This document shows positions 39,443 to 53,766 of a stretch of 64,000 bases of DNA, piece by piece. Numbering within the stretch: position 1 is the stretch's first letter; each line of letters begins with the position of its first letter. The DNA is from Bugula neritina (taxonomy: Eukaryota > Animalia > Bryozoa): assembly GCA_964035545.1 (NCBI GenBank), contig OZ037768.1:24337319-24401318 (forward strand), in the 5' to 3' direction. The translations under genes and the position numbers were made by a program. The notes beneath the pieces were generated by a model. It had not been told where the DNA came from. It made no database searches and worked only from the letters and a program-made list of their open reading frames with translations.

Positions 39443-40783
39443 AATTTTTAAACTAATGCCAAACATTCTCATTACTGGTGGTGGAAATATTATTGTAGTT
39501 GCATCTTGCCTATACTAATATAACATCATATGCTCTAGTATTGCAAGGTCATCCTGTTTTACTTTACAATGTTTAACTAGTCTGCGTGTATACATATAAC
39601 TACGATGAGCTTTTTTCTTATATATCTAATTATACCGCAGTAAAAGACTATTATGCAATGCTATACTGGATTTAAACCATCAATTTATTATAATTAAACT
39701 TTTACAAAATACAAAATATATGATATACATATGAGCTAAAATTAAATATAAACTTCTCTATCTATTTTATACATCAAAAACATATTGCAGTTCTATTAAA
39801 ATAGTAAGTAAACACAGCTCTGAGGTTAATTCCCATGATTTTATAACAATTTTAATTTCTTGGAGGAAACCTAGCCAGCAACTTGTCAGTAAATTAAATA
39901 TTGTAAAAGTTGATGTACTTACTTTTGCTGTAATATGTGTTATAAGTGGCCCAAAATCAGTTTACTTGACTGTATTACTTGGTCATGGCATTCTTATCTA
40001 TTCTTGGATTTATTTTACTTCGCAATTTCCTCAAAATCTAATTGTTTTGTTAAATGTTAATAAATATGAATATCTTACAAATGTGTGTCAGAGTTTATAG
40101 TATTACAATATATCTCATTTATAGCATATTTAATTTAAATTCTTTGTGGTATTAGGCTACATCTGCTAGACAAAGATTGTTAGCAAAGCATTGTATTAAA
40201 TTCCTGTTGATAAATACATTGTAAATAACCAATAAGAAAAGGTAGGATTAGCCAAGCGTTCATATAGATGCAATAAGAACAAGGAACTATGACCCTATGT
40301 TTTCAACAAACTAGCTTTAGATAAATTCATCTTCTGCTATAACTTAGAATGTTTTGAGTGGTCAAGCTTTCAGCACTCTGGCACTGACACCTTGGCAAGC
40401 AAAAAGTTGGCAATGTCCAAAAGTCTATAAACATATTTTTTATAAGAGATAAATTGATTAAAAACATGTAGCTTGTTGTCTTTAAACTTGGCTTTCCCTC
40501 AACTTACCTCTCAACTACACAGCTATTAATAGCTGACTTCATAGGATAATAATTTTAGACAACAACATTGACTTTGTGCTAAAAACAGGCATATTTTAAC
40601 TCTATCAAGCTGATGATATTAATTTTTGAATAAAAATAAAATTACACATTTTTTCTAGTTTTTCTTCCAGTTATTTTTTGAAATGAAAATCGTTGAATGG
40701 ACAGAATATAGTCTTCCATTGAATACCTAAGCGTAGTTTAGCTAAGTTATGGCTAACCAAAATTAGATTAACTCCTTTATTAA

Positions 40784-41332
40784 TGCAGTTATGCAGTTGC
40801 ATATGAATCCAGGTGCTTACAATACCTAAAAAGTAGCTGCCAGGCAAGCTATTCATGAATAAGTTTAATAATTTGAAGCTGAAATTCCTGCCAACTTTTT
40901 GACACAATCTTAAAAAAACGCAATTTTTTGATATTGCGAATACTGTTGAAGGAAAGAGAATCTTTTGGTGGCCCTATTTGTACTAGAGGCATGAATTGCA
41001 ACTACCAAGTAGACAGTCAGCAAGAGTGACGGAAACAGTTACAAAATGTAAACAGTAATCGTAAGGATCTCTTATAAGTTATAATAACATGTGATGGCCG
41101 TTATTTGACTCACTAAATATCTTATTATATACTGCTATTGCTTCTGAGAATTAACAAGCCTCTTGAATTTATATATAATTTCTTTGCATGCCACGGCATT
41201 GCAAGAGAAAAAATAAACTCATGGCTGATACTTTAATTCTGCAAACTGCTATACTGAAACCTTCATGCACCACATAATGATTTAAGCTGCAATAATTGAA
41301 GTTTCATGAATTTACCTAAATTGCATAACTGT
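40784..41332. mobile_element. Possible degenerate TIR element in the spacer between ZF copies 2 and 3
   Basis: Imperfect inverted ends GCAGTTATGCAGTTGCATATGAATCC / GAATTTACCTAAATTGCATAACTGTA. Confidence 0.35.
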
Positions 41333-44300
41333 AATTCTGAGTATGATAAACTGAATTAAGCACAAATTAAGCCCTGTTGAGTATATTCATTGCTAGCAGC
41401 ATATCCAAGCAGAATGTCCAAACTGCATAGCCTCATATTATTATGGCCCAAATCATATCATATGGATGAATTGTTTGCTGCTTTTGTTTTTAATTTGGTT
41501 TATGGAGTGCAAGTCTCTTAGCTAGTTTATGGAGTGCAAGTCTCTTAGCTAGTTTCGAGGTATTCGTTGTAAAAGGAGATGACTTACATCTGCTGACGTA
41601 CAGCAGTTACTGAACATTACACTGCAAGAAGGCGCGAAATCCTACGGCAGCCATATTGAATGAAGACTAAAAGGAAATTATTTCACGGAATCTAATTGTG
41701 ACAAAACCACCACCAGTATGGAACGCAATTTAAACCTTTTAGTAAATTATCAGAAGAAATTAAATTTAAGAAACATCCAAGATGGTTAACTAATTGTAAA
41801 ATATCAAACACAGCTAAAAAAAGTTGTTTAAATCAGAAATAATAAATTGCTTGTCATTTAGCTAGCGCACTTCTGAGTTTCAAGGTCTAATTTCTAATTG
41901 AGCTTTTCACTTTCTGTGTTTATATCGCTAATTAGAACATGCAGTTTTATCAATAGTATAGTATAGTGAGCATCGTGTTAAGTGTGAATTAATATAGTAT
42001 ATAACAACACATATTAACATGCAACATTTATGGTATTCACTTGCATGATGCATGTTATGTGTTGTTGCTATATCCCCACTTAACTATACTGTATATCAAG
42101 TACCTGAATACATATCTTGGCTATAGCTATAACTTAGCTAAGCCACACTTGGCTGATCAATGGAGGACAATTCTGTCCAATCATTCATTTTCTATTTCAA
42201 AAACTAGCTCAAAGAAAAACTAGAAACAAATTTGTAAATTAAGTTTTTATCCAAAAACTTATATTATCAGCTTGATAAATTTAAAATAAGCCTGTTTTTA
42301 GCACAAAGTCAATATTGTCATCTAAAACTATCATCAGTCAGCTATTACTAGCAGTGTAGGTGAGAGGTAAGTTGAGGGAAAGCCAAGTCTAAAGACAAAT
42401 CACATGTTTACAATCAACTTATTTCCCATAAAAATGTTTGCACTTTGCAGCATTGCCAACTTTTTGTTTGTCAATTGGTGTCATTGCCAGAGCTGTGAAA
42501 GCTTAACCACGCAAAATATTCCATGTGGCAGAAGATAATGAAAACATTGCGTCATAGTAACCTTGTGAATATTGGTTTTATGAACATTTGACATGTCACC
42601 TTTGTTAAACCTATCTTTTCTCAGTAGTTATTCATGAGGTATTTTATCAAGATAAATGCCAATTTAATAAGATGTTTTTGCTAACAATCTCTGTCTAGAC
42701 TCTAGAATCTAGCAGATGGAGTCAAATACCACAAAGAGTTTAAACTAAATATTTTATAAATTGGTATAGTAGTGGCATAGCTATCAGTATAACACCAAAT
42801 CTAAAAACCTTTACAAGTTAATGTTATTTAATTGGTATTTGAGAAAACAATGGCAGACTTGTGGAGAAACCTTTGAAGTAAAATAAATCCAAGAATAGAT
42901 AAAAATGCTATAATCAAGATACTAAATATGGCCAAGTCAACTGTTTATATATTATAGTAAAAGTAATTACATCAACTTTCATGATTTCTAATTAACTAAT
43001 AAGTAGCTTCGTAACTCGGATTTTCTCTAAGAAATGAAAATTGCTACAAAATCATGCAAATTACCCTTGGAGTTATACTCTCTTTTATTTTCTGTTTCAA
43101 CAACACTGCAATATTATGCTTTTGATTTATAAAATCTATAAAGAAGTTTATGTTTAACCTGAGTTCAGATTGAAAGAGCTGATTAATTTATTTTTAGCTA
43201 TAAATAATTTTTTTTCTTTGTAAAAATATAATCATAGTCATGTATGATTTAAATCTAGTACAGCATTATATAATTAAATTAAATATAAGTCGTTCACCAG
43301 GTGTACATGTTGAATATATAACAAGAATGAAGCCATTACCATAAAAGCCCAATTATATACAGACTAACCATGCGTAATGCATAACAAGATTGCCCTGTAA
43401 CACTAGAGTATATGATATTGATATTAAATGCAAAATGCAACCAGATAATATTTTCATCACCGGTAATGAGAATGTTTGTCATCTGTGTGAAGTATTAAAT
43501 TCAAAGCTTATGGATTTTTCTGTGACGGAGAAAAGTCCCACTCTGTCTGAATCTCTTGCCACAAATATCACATTGATAGGGTTTCTCTCCAGTGTGAGTT
43601 CTCATGTGAGTGGATAACGTACATCTGTCTCGGAAATACTTCTTACAGTATATGCAGACGTATAACTCCTTTTGCTGGTGACCCTGTTATATGAACAGAT
43701 ATAACTGCAAGTTTATTCACATTAAATATAACAAGCGGATTTATACCAACACAATATGTTCTCCAGGTTAACGAAGGAAACGGGTTATAAAGTTTACAGG
43801 TATATGATGAGTATTGTAAAGTGTTGTAAAGTCTTTCTGGTAATTTTTATGGTAGAAGCATAAGGGCCCAAAGTTAATGTTAACTTTTTATTTAATGGAA
43901 GGGAAAATGTATTTCAAAGTTACAACTTACTATAAAATCCCTAAGAAGTTGCTTTAATAAAAGATATACTTATGAAACTAGTAAAAACCTTATAAAATAG
44001 AACAAAGGGTATATTATGTTATTAGAGTTATGCTTGCTTATCCATGCAGAACGTATTGGAGCTACTATAGTTCACCCCCTCCCCACCACTTGCCTGCATC
44101 AGATGTGCTTTCAGTTTTAGTTCTAAAATTTATTTGTTTTGTAAAATGTGAGAGGCTAGAAGAAGTTAGTTAAAACAAGTAGCCATAGAACCTAACAGTT
44201 GGTAAACTGCATGGTTGACTTTATTCCATACAAATATTAAATTCATTGTCAACATTGAATAGCCTAGTTGGCAGTCTTTTTTCAGCTACCAATAGTCTGG

Positions 44301-45234
44301 TAAAACAGTCCCTTTTTAATTATTAATAGTCTAGATTTTAGTTAAATCTCAGTAGTCATAAAAATTAGTTTTATTCTAAATATCAATTTTTTTTGCAAAA
44401 AGCTTAAAGATATTTTTTAAACATGCAGTGAGTCATCAACCATAAGAGAGTATGGAATTACTTGTAAATGTTGAAGATATTGACTGGGCGTGCTCAGTTG
44501 AGAGAAACATATGTCACACGCGTACATCATAGCGTCTTCATGTGTCGCCACGTGTGCTCGGTAATCTCGAACTTGTCTGTAGGATTTACTGCATACCTGC
44601 AATGTTATAATAATCTTACACTAACTGCTGTAAGTATCTAACAGAGAGCAACTTTAATTGGCTGAAAGTAGCTGTGAGGATTGTCTTTTTAACTGAATAT
44701 TACAAGAGTTATAGATTAATATAAGTCAATACCTGGCAGGTGTAGGGACAAGTAGACTCAGAATATGGCTTCAAGATGATGGTTTGTTGAGTTGGAAGTT
44801 GTTGCGTTATACTTTCACCTTCACCTTTGGCTTGACTTTGACTTCCACCTTTGGCCGAAGCCAGAGCTTTGTCCTGCACCTCATTTGGCTGCTGTAGCGA
44901 AGAGTGATTTGAAATGTTTGACAACTAATATGTTGCACATGTAATTAATAAAAAAACACAGCATATTCTAGTTAGGTTATTTTTAGATCAAGAGCTACAA
45001 TTAGACATGCATCTTTAAGTAAGGCTGATAATTAAAATAAATCAAAACTTCAAAATCAAAAATTCAGATTATCCGAGCAATTAACACTAAAGTTCTACCA
45101 AATTTGTTATACTTCATATTCATGAAAAATTTTAGTGAAAAGAAGTTGGAGTTATTTTATAAGTTTGATAAGCTAAACACACATATTTGTAGGTTGTTTT
45201 ACATAGACAAGTACTGATTGGTTAAACTAGAATC

Positions 45235-48212
45235 TGTTGATATGGATACAATTTTCCACTGTAATGACAATGAAAATTTATAATTAATAAATAACCATAC
45301 TAGTGATTGTCTTCTCTCTGTACGAATACTTTATTATATTACCCACAATACTTTTCTTATAGTTCTTTCTCTTCTTCTTTATAAGTAAAATACAACAGTC
45401 TTGTCAACTACAACTCTACTAATTTTATCCTAATATTTAACACAAATAAGATGGCATCAATCTCCAACTCAACAGGTTATGGGCCCAAAAGCAAGCTACA
45501 ATTTAATGGAGACTCTATACATCTTACAAAATTTGGAAAACACGATTTATGAACTACGAGTATTTATATACACTGGACTGTGGCGTACACAAAGCCATCC
45601 TTCCATTACCAACTGATGAAACTGAAGACACAGACTTTAATAAGAAAAATAGAAGAGCATATGCCTAGTTGGTACAAGTGCTAGACGAAAAATCACTTCA
45701 ACTCATAATAAAGGATGCTGAGAATGATGGACGTAATGCTTTGACAATTCTAAGAGACCTTTATGCAGGCACAGAGAAACCTTGCATCATGACACTCTAC
45801 AAAACTCTAACTACTATTACTATGACTGACACTGAAAACGTTACTGACTATCTAATACGTGCTGAATGTGCTGCCACAGGACTCAGACTAGCAGGTGAGA
45901 CTATATCTGACAATCTAGTGATAGCTATGCTATTAAAAGGATAGTTCACACGCAGAGAGAATCAAGAAAAACATTAAAAGAATTTAAAGCTGCCCTACAC
46001 AATCATGCTAATACCTGTCAGAGCTACTGCACATGCAACAGCACTAACAGCTCAAGAAGATAATAATTACAAACCCCAAGTATGCACTCGTACACAACCT
46101 AACCCGCAGCCAGTCAACAAACAATGCCTCTCATGTGGGTGCACTAACCGCAGCACCAGGGAATGCAGATCAAAATTTAAACTCATATGTAACTTTTGCC
46201 ACAAAAATGGACACATTGAAAGCGTATGTTTCCAGGAAAAGAAAACACGGAGTGCACTACACACATCAACTCACCAACCTACAAACTTTACACATAATGC
46301 CAGTCTAACACAGGCTGACACAACTACACACAAATCACTCAAACAAAACTTGACAAGACACAAACTACTAGTTGACTGTGGAGCTCCTTACCACATTATA
46401 AATGACAAAAGCCACTTTACAAGTTACGACTCAGACTTTAACCCAAATAAACATTACTTAAAACTTCCTGACAGATCGACATAGCAGCAACACACTGGCT
46501 ATAGCAAGAGGAGTAGCTGAATACATTTTACTAGATAACAGCAACACACCTCACGCAGCCAGACTCACAAATGCACTGCTAGCACCAGAATTCCCAGCAA
46601 GCTTATTCTCTGTGAGAGCTGCAACAGACAAAGGAGGTACAGTAATATTTACTAAAAATACAGCCAAACTGACTTCCCACAACACTACATTCAACTTAAT
46701 CAGGGATGAAAATCTATTCTTTCTGCCAACGAATACAATACAGCAGACTACAACCACTGTGACTGACCACACAACCACAACTAGACCTCAAACAGCTAAC
46801 TTGACAAAAAATCTAAAACCTACTGAGAAAGCATACATAGCTGAATCAACTTTGGCAGCCAAAACCCTTCATGAATGGCACCTAGCCTTAGGACACATGA
46901 ATGATGACATTCTCTCCCTGGAAAAAGGGATGCAAGGAATGAAAATTGCAAACACTAAAACTACAAATTGCCAAGTGTGTACAGAAAACAAACTTACACG
47001 ACAACCAAAATCAGAGGACATTACAGAGATGCTACAAAACTTTTGGAATGTGTGCATACAGATATATGTGGACCGATAGAACCTACATCACGTACAGGAC
47101 ACAAACACGTGATAAAATGTGTTGATGAATACACTAGCATGTTGTTTGTATACACTCTATGCACAAAGAATGAAGCAACAACTGCCCTTAAAAGGTTCAT
47201 TTCTGACATAGCACCCATTGGAAAGGTTAAATAAATACATAGTGACAATGGTTAGGAATATGTCAGCAATACGTTTCAATCTGTTTTATAGAACATTGGC
47301 ATAAAACACTCCACTACAGCTACCTACACTCCGTATCAAAATGAGAAAGCTGAACGACATGGTGAAGTTTACTGGTGATGGCCCGATGCATAGTATCCGA
47401 CTCTTCTCTACACAAGTCTTACTAGCCCTACGCTGTTCACTTAGCCCAATATCTGAGGAATCGTGCCTACCAAAGACGCACTGGAGCCACTGCTTACAAG
47501 ATGTTCACAGAGATTAAGCCAGATATGAAGCACATACACAGAGTTGGATTGCCATGTACATTCTACATTGGAGGCAAAAAGCAGAAGCTGGACCCACATG
47601 GTCAACACGGCACTTTCCTAGGGATCGACCCACTGAACCAATCATATTATGTATTGAATGGCAAGAACAATAGCATACTGACTACATGCAACATACACAT
47701 ACACCAGGATTCTGACAATACTGACACCACATTTACTGACTTTGAACATACTGACGAAGTACAAACTACATTAATGCAAACAGAGCAAGCTACTTACAAT
47801 GAACAGAAAACTCCAACAATTTCAACCAACACAACTCCAACAATTTCAACTGACAGACCAAAATGTAACACAGGACTACCAAAATACCTTGCTGATTACT
47901 ACACCATGGCTACAATTGACTACGCCTAAGCTGCTACACAGCTTATCCCAGCTACAGATTGAGGGGGCGTGTTGATATGAATACAAGCTTCCGCTGTTAC
48001 GACAATGAACATTTATAACTAATAAATAACCGTACTAGTGATTGTCTTCTTTCTGTACGAATACTTTATTATATTACCCACAATACTTTTCTTATATTTC
48101 TTTCTCTTGAACTTCTTTATAAGTAAAATACAGCAGTCTTGTCAACTACAACTCTACTAATTTTATCCTAATATTTAACACTAATAAGATAACATCAGTC
48201 TCTAACTCAACA
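45235..48212 (+). mobile_element. Ty1/Copia LTR retrotransposon, degenerate, RT-RNaseH deleted
   Basis: LTRs 45235-45474 and 47970-48212 (TGTTG..CAACA), TSD GAATC/GAACC, PBS GGTTATGGGCCCA, PPT TTGAGGGGGCG; broken gag, CCHC knuckle, protease LVDCGA, integrase (WH..LGH..CQVC; VHTDICGP; KLDPHG..GTFLG). Confidence 0.95.
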
Positions 48213-48816
48213 GAACCAAAGGGTATTCGCTTAATCAAAATATACGCAAGTAGTGAGCAGCTTCAAAGCCTTTTATCCTGTCCTCGATTTGTTCTAAAAG
48301 ATAAACTTTAGCATTCATTTGAATTGATTTAAACATTATTTGCACAGTTATGCTGCTTGAGCAGCTGACTTAAACGGCAGCCATACTGAACTCTACTGGA
48401 GTCTGTGGCTAGAGGTCAGAGCAGATTACACACTGCGTTGCCATGCAAGCGAATGAATCCCTCGAAGGAAAACCACACATTCCTATGCAATCCCCATGAA
48501 GCTATCTTCTCTTTGCAATTGTGACCGCTGATGTAAAATGTAAATTACTATGGCCAGCTTTGAGTCAGTGTTCATGCCCAATGACAATGTAATTACTGCT
48601 TTTGCCCCCATTTTTGCTAGATTAAATTCATTAAATACACAAACTGTGAGTTAATTTATTTTAAACTAAAAAAGCACAAAGCAATGAAAGCATAAGATAT
48701 TTTGAGACCAGTAAACTAAATGCAACTGTCTCCATAGGGCAGATGAAAAATATTATTATCGCATAATGCGATAATGAAAACTTAGTAATAGTAGAGTTGT
48801 TTATCTGCCAGCCTAA

Positions 48817-51147
48817 CCCCTCATTCACACTTACCATACTGTACGCTGAAACAGCAAATTTCAGCCATTTTTGTTACCATTCGGGCTGAATCATACCCGG
48901 TATACTTTGCGGGGTTGATCAAGCACTGCTTGATTTAAAAAATCACATCAGGCTCCCATTGGGCAGAGTTGTTATGGTACTAAAATTTAAAGACTATTTT
49001 CCGCTGATTTATTTTAATAGCTTATTGTTGATTTAATTTAATCAATTCAAAAGTTTCAAAGGATTAAAAAAAAATTTTCGGCTTGTTTAAATTAAACTCA
49101 GCTTAAAAATCTAGCTTTTGTTAATTACAAAAGCTAGCAAATCAAAAACTTAAAAAATTAATTGGACGGCCTAAATATTTATTATTCAAATTATTTTGTA
49201 CAATTATTTTAAGGGCACATATATTTAAAAAAGAGATATTTTCTTTTAATGGCTTTTAACTAGTCAATAACATTTAAATGACATCTTTTGAGAAAAATGC
49301 TGGAACAAATTTGTGAATAATATCCAAAGGTGTACAAGTCACTGCAGACAAGAATTAGCCTTATTATGATTGGTCACAGCTCAACGTCATGTATTGTATT
49401 TTTTTAATAACCCCTCATTCACACTCGCCGTAACAGCAAATATCAGCCATTTTTACAAATGTCTGAGCTTCCTGTACAGCGTTGCGGTACGGTAGGATAT
49501 TGGATATAACTGTCCAATGAAGTGTAAAGCTGCATGTACACAGGCCGATTTTTCATGAAAATCGGCCGATTAACTGCTAGGGATTTTTTAGGAATTTTGA
49601 AAAATCGGCGATTTTGCTTTTGGCCGATTTTTGAAGCGATTTTCAGAATTGAACATGTTCAATTTATTAGTATTATTCTTGATTTTTACTCATGTATAAT
49701 ATAATTTATAACTTGTAGTTTATATGTTGTTGTTTTTATATTCATGTAACCAGTATTAGTGTGAGTATCTCAACTTTACAATTTAAATATTTTCTTAGAG
49801 AACAGTTTGCCGTGATCTAGAGTTTCCATTAACTATAAACAATAACGCTTGAGTTAAACTTCTAGTTTTAAACTAAATAGCTTAAAAAATTTGGTAAGTG
49901 ATGTTAACAGTGTAGCTTAGTAATTTGTGGATAATTATAGATATTAAATCTGGTTAAATGAATAGCTACCAAGCCAGCTATTTGCTTTTTAATTTAATAC
50001 TAAAATTAGCTATACATTTTTACGCAACTTCCAAATGCAGCAAGCTGTCAACAAATTGTACACGGCCAGTTTATTTTATTCAGTTTTTATTTATCAGAAC
50101 ATCAGAATAAACAGAAATGTCAAAGTTGAAATATTTTGATTGATTACTATGCCAAAGCACATGCAACTGATCTTGACCTCTGCTCATAAACCTAAGAAAG
50201 TTATATAGACTGAGAGCCATCTGCCAATAAAACACAAGCAAAAAAATAACGGGGGGGGGGGGGGGGGGAATAAAAATCGCCTAGAAAATCAGCCGATTTT
50301 TTAATCAGCAATAGCGAAATCGACAAGTACAAAATCAGCTGAAAAAATTGGCCTGTGTACATGTAGCTTTACCCCCTGTTCACACATTGCCGTATAGTAA
50401 ACAAACAAAATGGCAAAAATTTGCTGTTACGTCGTAGGATACGGCAATGTGTGAACAGGGGGTTATTCCCCCTATTCACACTTACCATACCGTACGCCGT
50501 AACAGCAAATTTTAGCGATTTTTGTTAACATCCGGGCTAAATCGTACTCCGGTATACGTTGCGGCGTTGATCAAGCAGTGCTTGATTCAAAAAATCACGA
50601 GGCTCCTATTGGGTAGAGTTGATCTGGTACTAAAATTTAAAGAACATTTTCGCTAGTTTATTTTAATCGCTTATTTTTGATTTAATTTAATCAATTCAAA
50701 ATTTTTAAAAGATTAAAAAATCTTTATCCGGCTTGTTTGAATTAAACCCAGCTTAAAAATCTAGCTTTCCCTAATTACAAAATCAAGCAAACCAAAAACT
50801 TAAAAATGATTTGGACGGCTTAAATATTCATTATTTAAATTAGTTTGCACAATTATTTTAAAAACGAATATATTTAAAAAAAAATTCTTTTCATGTAATT
50901 GCTTTTATTTAGTAAATAGCATTTAAATGACATCTTTTGATAAGAATGTTGCGAATAATTTGTAAATAATATTCAAAGGCGTTCAAATCACCGCAGACAA
51001 GAGTTGGCTTTATTATGATTATTCACAGCTCAACGTCATGCATTGTACTTTTACGGCAATGTGTGAACACCCGTTGACAAAATGCAACAGCGTCGCCATT
51101 TTATTTTTGCTGTTACGGCGTGTGATACGGTAAGTGTGAATGAGGGG
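48817..51147. mobile_element. Cluster of PIF/Harbinger-type MITEs (48817-~49405 truncated; 49411-~49524 fragment; 49528-50368; 50372-50462; 50468-51147)
   Basis: TIRs CCCCTCATTCACACTTACC, AGCTGCATGTACACAGGCC and CCCCCTGTTCACACATTGCCGTA, with TAA/TTA junctions; 48817-49405 is a direct copy of 50468-51050. Confidence 0.8.
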
Positions 51148-51222
51148 AGAGAGCTGTGTGCTGTAACGACTACTGCCAGTAACTGGAATATAATGTGGTT
51201 CATCTCTATAAAAGGGATGGTA

Positions 51223-53766
51223 TGGAATATAACGCGGTTTATAGTATTTATCAGATTAGCTACAAGCTAACCTGAGGTGATTGGCTAACTGCTCTACAAC
51301 CATGTGGGATTTCCTACCAGCTTGTATGGCTTGGATATTGGCTATTGAAGTGATAGAAGTAAAGACCGCAAGAAAGCACTTTAACACAGACTGTCTAGTG
51401 AGTAGGACCTTACATTGCATGGCGCAGTCGGCATGATTGTGGACAGTCAACAGTGGGGGAGAAGTGAATAGTGGAAAAGAAATAAAGAGTGAAGCAAAAT
51501 CAAATAGTGGAGTCTGGAGAAAAATAAAATTGTGCCTAGTGGAGAAGAATCAATTTCAAATAGTGGAGAAGAGCAGAATCAAATAATAAAGGGGAGACAA
51601 ACAGTGGAGAGTAACTATAAAAGTTTATTTCGAAATACAATTGTTGGGTTTAGTTTCAGTCTGTTTTATCGGTAGAGTAAGTGAGATTTAGAGGTGCTGG
51701 TAAGAGTGGAGAAATTAACAATAAAGAGTAAGAGTTAGTGGAGTGATCGTGAAATAATAATATCATTATTTATAATTTGGTTAGAATATTAGATTTCATT
51801 AATTTAAGGGTTATTGAGCTTTCTGATGGTGGTAATTAGAATTTTAGACCATAATGGCAACTAGCACTAGGCTCACCAACCTCAATCAGTTTCCTATGGT
51901 AGTTTTGAGCTCCGATAATCAGAGTGATGGTTTTAAGAAATGGTTAGTAAAGTACAACCTGGCAGTTCGATTAGCAACCCTTGAAATGGGTACTGAAATG
52001 CTGTCCAATATTGCAGTAAATAGATTTAGAGGTGAAGCTAAGTTTTTAGCTTTGCTCAATGCCATTGGAGATAAGGGTATTGATGTGTTACAATCTTTAA
52101 GATTTGATCTTGAAAGGAATTTAAGATTCGTTGAAGGGGCTAATGTAGAAGACTCTAGACAAAGGTTTGCTATTAGTATGGCAGTAGTTGGTTTAAGAGA
52201 CAAATATCTTAGAACACAACTTATGCTTAATGAAAATATCACTTGGAAAGTGTTGTCTGATATTTTGAAGACTAGGAATATTGCTAGAGAATCTGCTACA
52301 ATGGTTTCTAAAATTAGATCTAGTAGTTCTAATTTGAATAATAACTTTGCTAACATAGCTGAAGTTAGAATTAAGTCTGACAGAGTAGCAAGTAGAAGGT
52401 CATCTCACTATGATAATGATAGACATGAAGGTAGATATAGTTCTAGAGATAATAGTCGTGATTATTCTCACCACAAGTCTCCAGATTATAGGAGTAGACA
52501 TAGAGCTAGCAGTAATAGTAGTAGTAGCAGTTCAGACAGTTTATGTTACATTTGTCATAAACCTGAACATGTTGCTAGGCATTGCCCAAAAATAAGATGC
52601 TATGCATGTGGAAAACATGCCCACATTGCAAGAGACTGCAGAATGCGTAAGGCTCAGAAAGACGAAGATTACTCTAGTAGAAGTAACTATAGAAGTCAAG
52701 GGAGTAGTAGTTCAGATAGAGAATGGTCAGTGGATAGTAAAGATAGTTCTTCTTGGAGATCACCTAGAACTAGAGTTGTCAGGTCTAGTAAGGTTAGGTT
52801 TATTGATAGTGAACCATACGATAGAGCGGAAACATGGAAACAGAATCTAAGTGTTAATAGTAGAAATTGTTGAGTTTGTTTTAGATACTGGTGCAGATGT
52901 GTCTAAAATTACTGAAGACACGAGTAAAACATTAGCACTTTAGTTTCACAAAGTGATAGAGTTTTGACGAGTGCCGACAGCTGTCAGTGTTAGGCAAAGC
53001 CGAGGTTGTTTTAGAAAACAAATTTAGGAAAACAGTAACTATATAATCTGTACGTCATTAAAGGTTTTAGGTCTAATATACTAAGCTTGAAAGAATTGAA
53101 GAACCATAGTCTGTTAACTGTAATTAGCACTGATGCTCAGTAGCTAGGGAAATTACCAGTGGGCGACCTAAGTCAAACACCTGGTAAAGCGGATGCGAAG
53201 GAAGTCCACCTCGGTGGCACAGTATTAGCCCACCCTGGTGGTGCTAAAGATGATCACTTCAGTGATTAAGTTCACAACCACTCTGGTGGTCAGGTTATTG
53301 TCCACTCTGGTGGTCAGGCTAAAGTCCACTTTGGTGGCAAATTTGAGAGCTACTTTGGCGATAAACCAGACAGTGTAGTATACATAGAAGTTGGTACTTT
53401 GTGCTACCAGGCTAACTGGTATTTTGGTGTTACTGCTCTACCCGACAAACCACTCAGTTCTATGCATTACTTTAGACTACTAAATTCCTCAAAGGGGAGC
53501 ATGGAATATTATGTACTCAATTCCACGTACTGCTTTATATTAAATCCCAAAAAGAGGAGCATGGAATATAATGTGGTTTATATTACTTATCAGATTAGCT
53601 ACAAGCTAACCTGAGGTGATTGGCTAACTGCCCTACAAGCATTCGGATCTCCAACCAGCTTGTACGGCTTGGATATTGACTGTTGAAGTGATAGAAGTAA
53701 AGACCGCACTCTAACACAGACTGTCGAGTGAGTAGGACCTTACATTGCATGGCGTAGTCGGCAGGA
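51223..53766 (+). mobile_element. Ty3/Gypsy-like non-autonomous LTR element (gag + protease remnant only)
   Basis: LTRs 51223-51419 and 53562-53749; tRNA-Ser-type PBS TGGCG(C/T)AGTCGGCA; PPT AAAGAGGAGC; no RT/RH/IN coding capacity in the remaining ~600 bp. Confidence 0.88.
51854..52873 (+). CDS. gag: Retrotransposon Gag with two CCHC zinc knuckles, followed by a frameshifted aspartic protease remnant (FVLDTGADVS)
   Basis: 339-aa ORF with CYICHKPEHVARHC and CYACGKHAHIARDC; DTG motif at ~52884. Confidence 0.85.
   Translation: MATSTRLTNLNQFPMVVLSSDNQSDGFKKWLVKYNLAVRLATLEMGTEMLSNIAVNRFRGEAKFLALLNAIGDKGIDVLQSLRFDLERNLRFVEGANVEDSRQRFAISMAVVGLRDKYLRTQLMLNENITWKVLSDILKTRNIARESATMVSKIRSSSSNLNNNFANIAEVRIKSDRVASRRSSHYDNDRHEGRYSSRDNSRDYSHHKSPDYRSRHRASSNSSSSSSDSLCYICHKPEHVARHCPKIRCYACGKHAHIARDCRMRKAQKDEDYSSRSNYRSQGSSSSDREWSVDSKDSSSWRSPRTRVVRSSKVRFIDSEPYDRAETWKQNLSVNSRNC

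Noticed and set aside
51919-52356. 145-aa antisense ORF within gag, and other antisense ORFs over TRPV and ZF exons
   Set aside because: Shadow ORFs of real coding sequence with no independent motifs.
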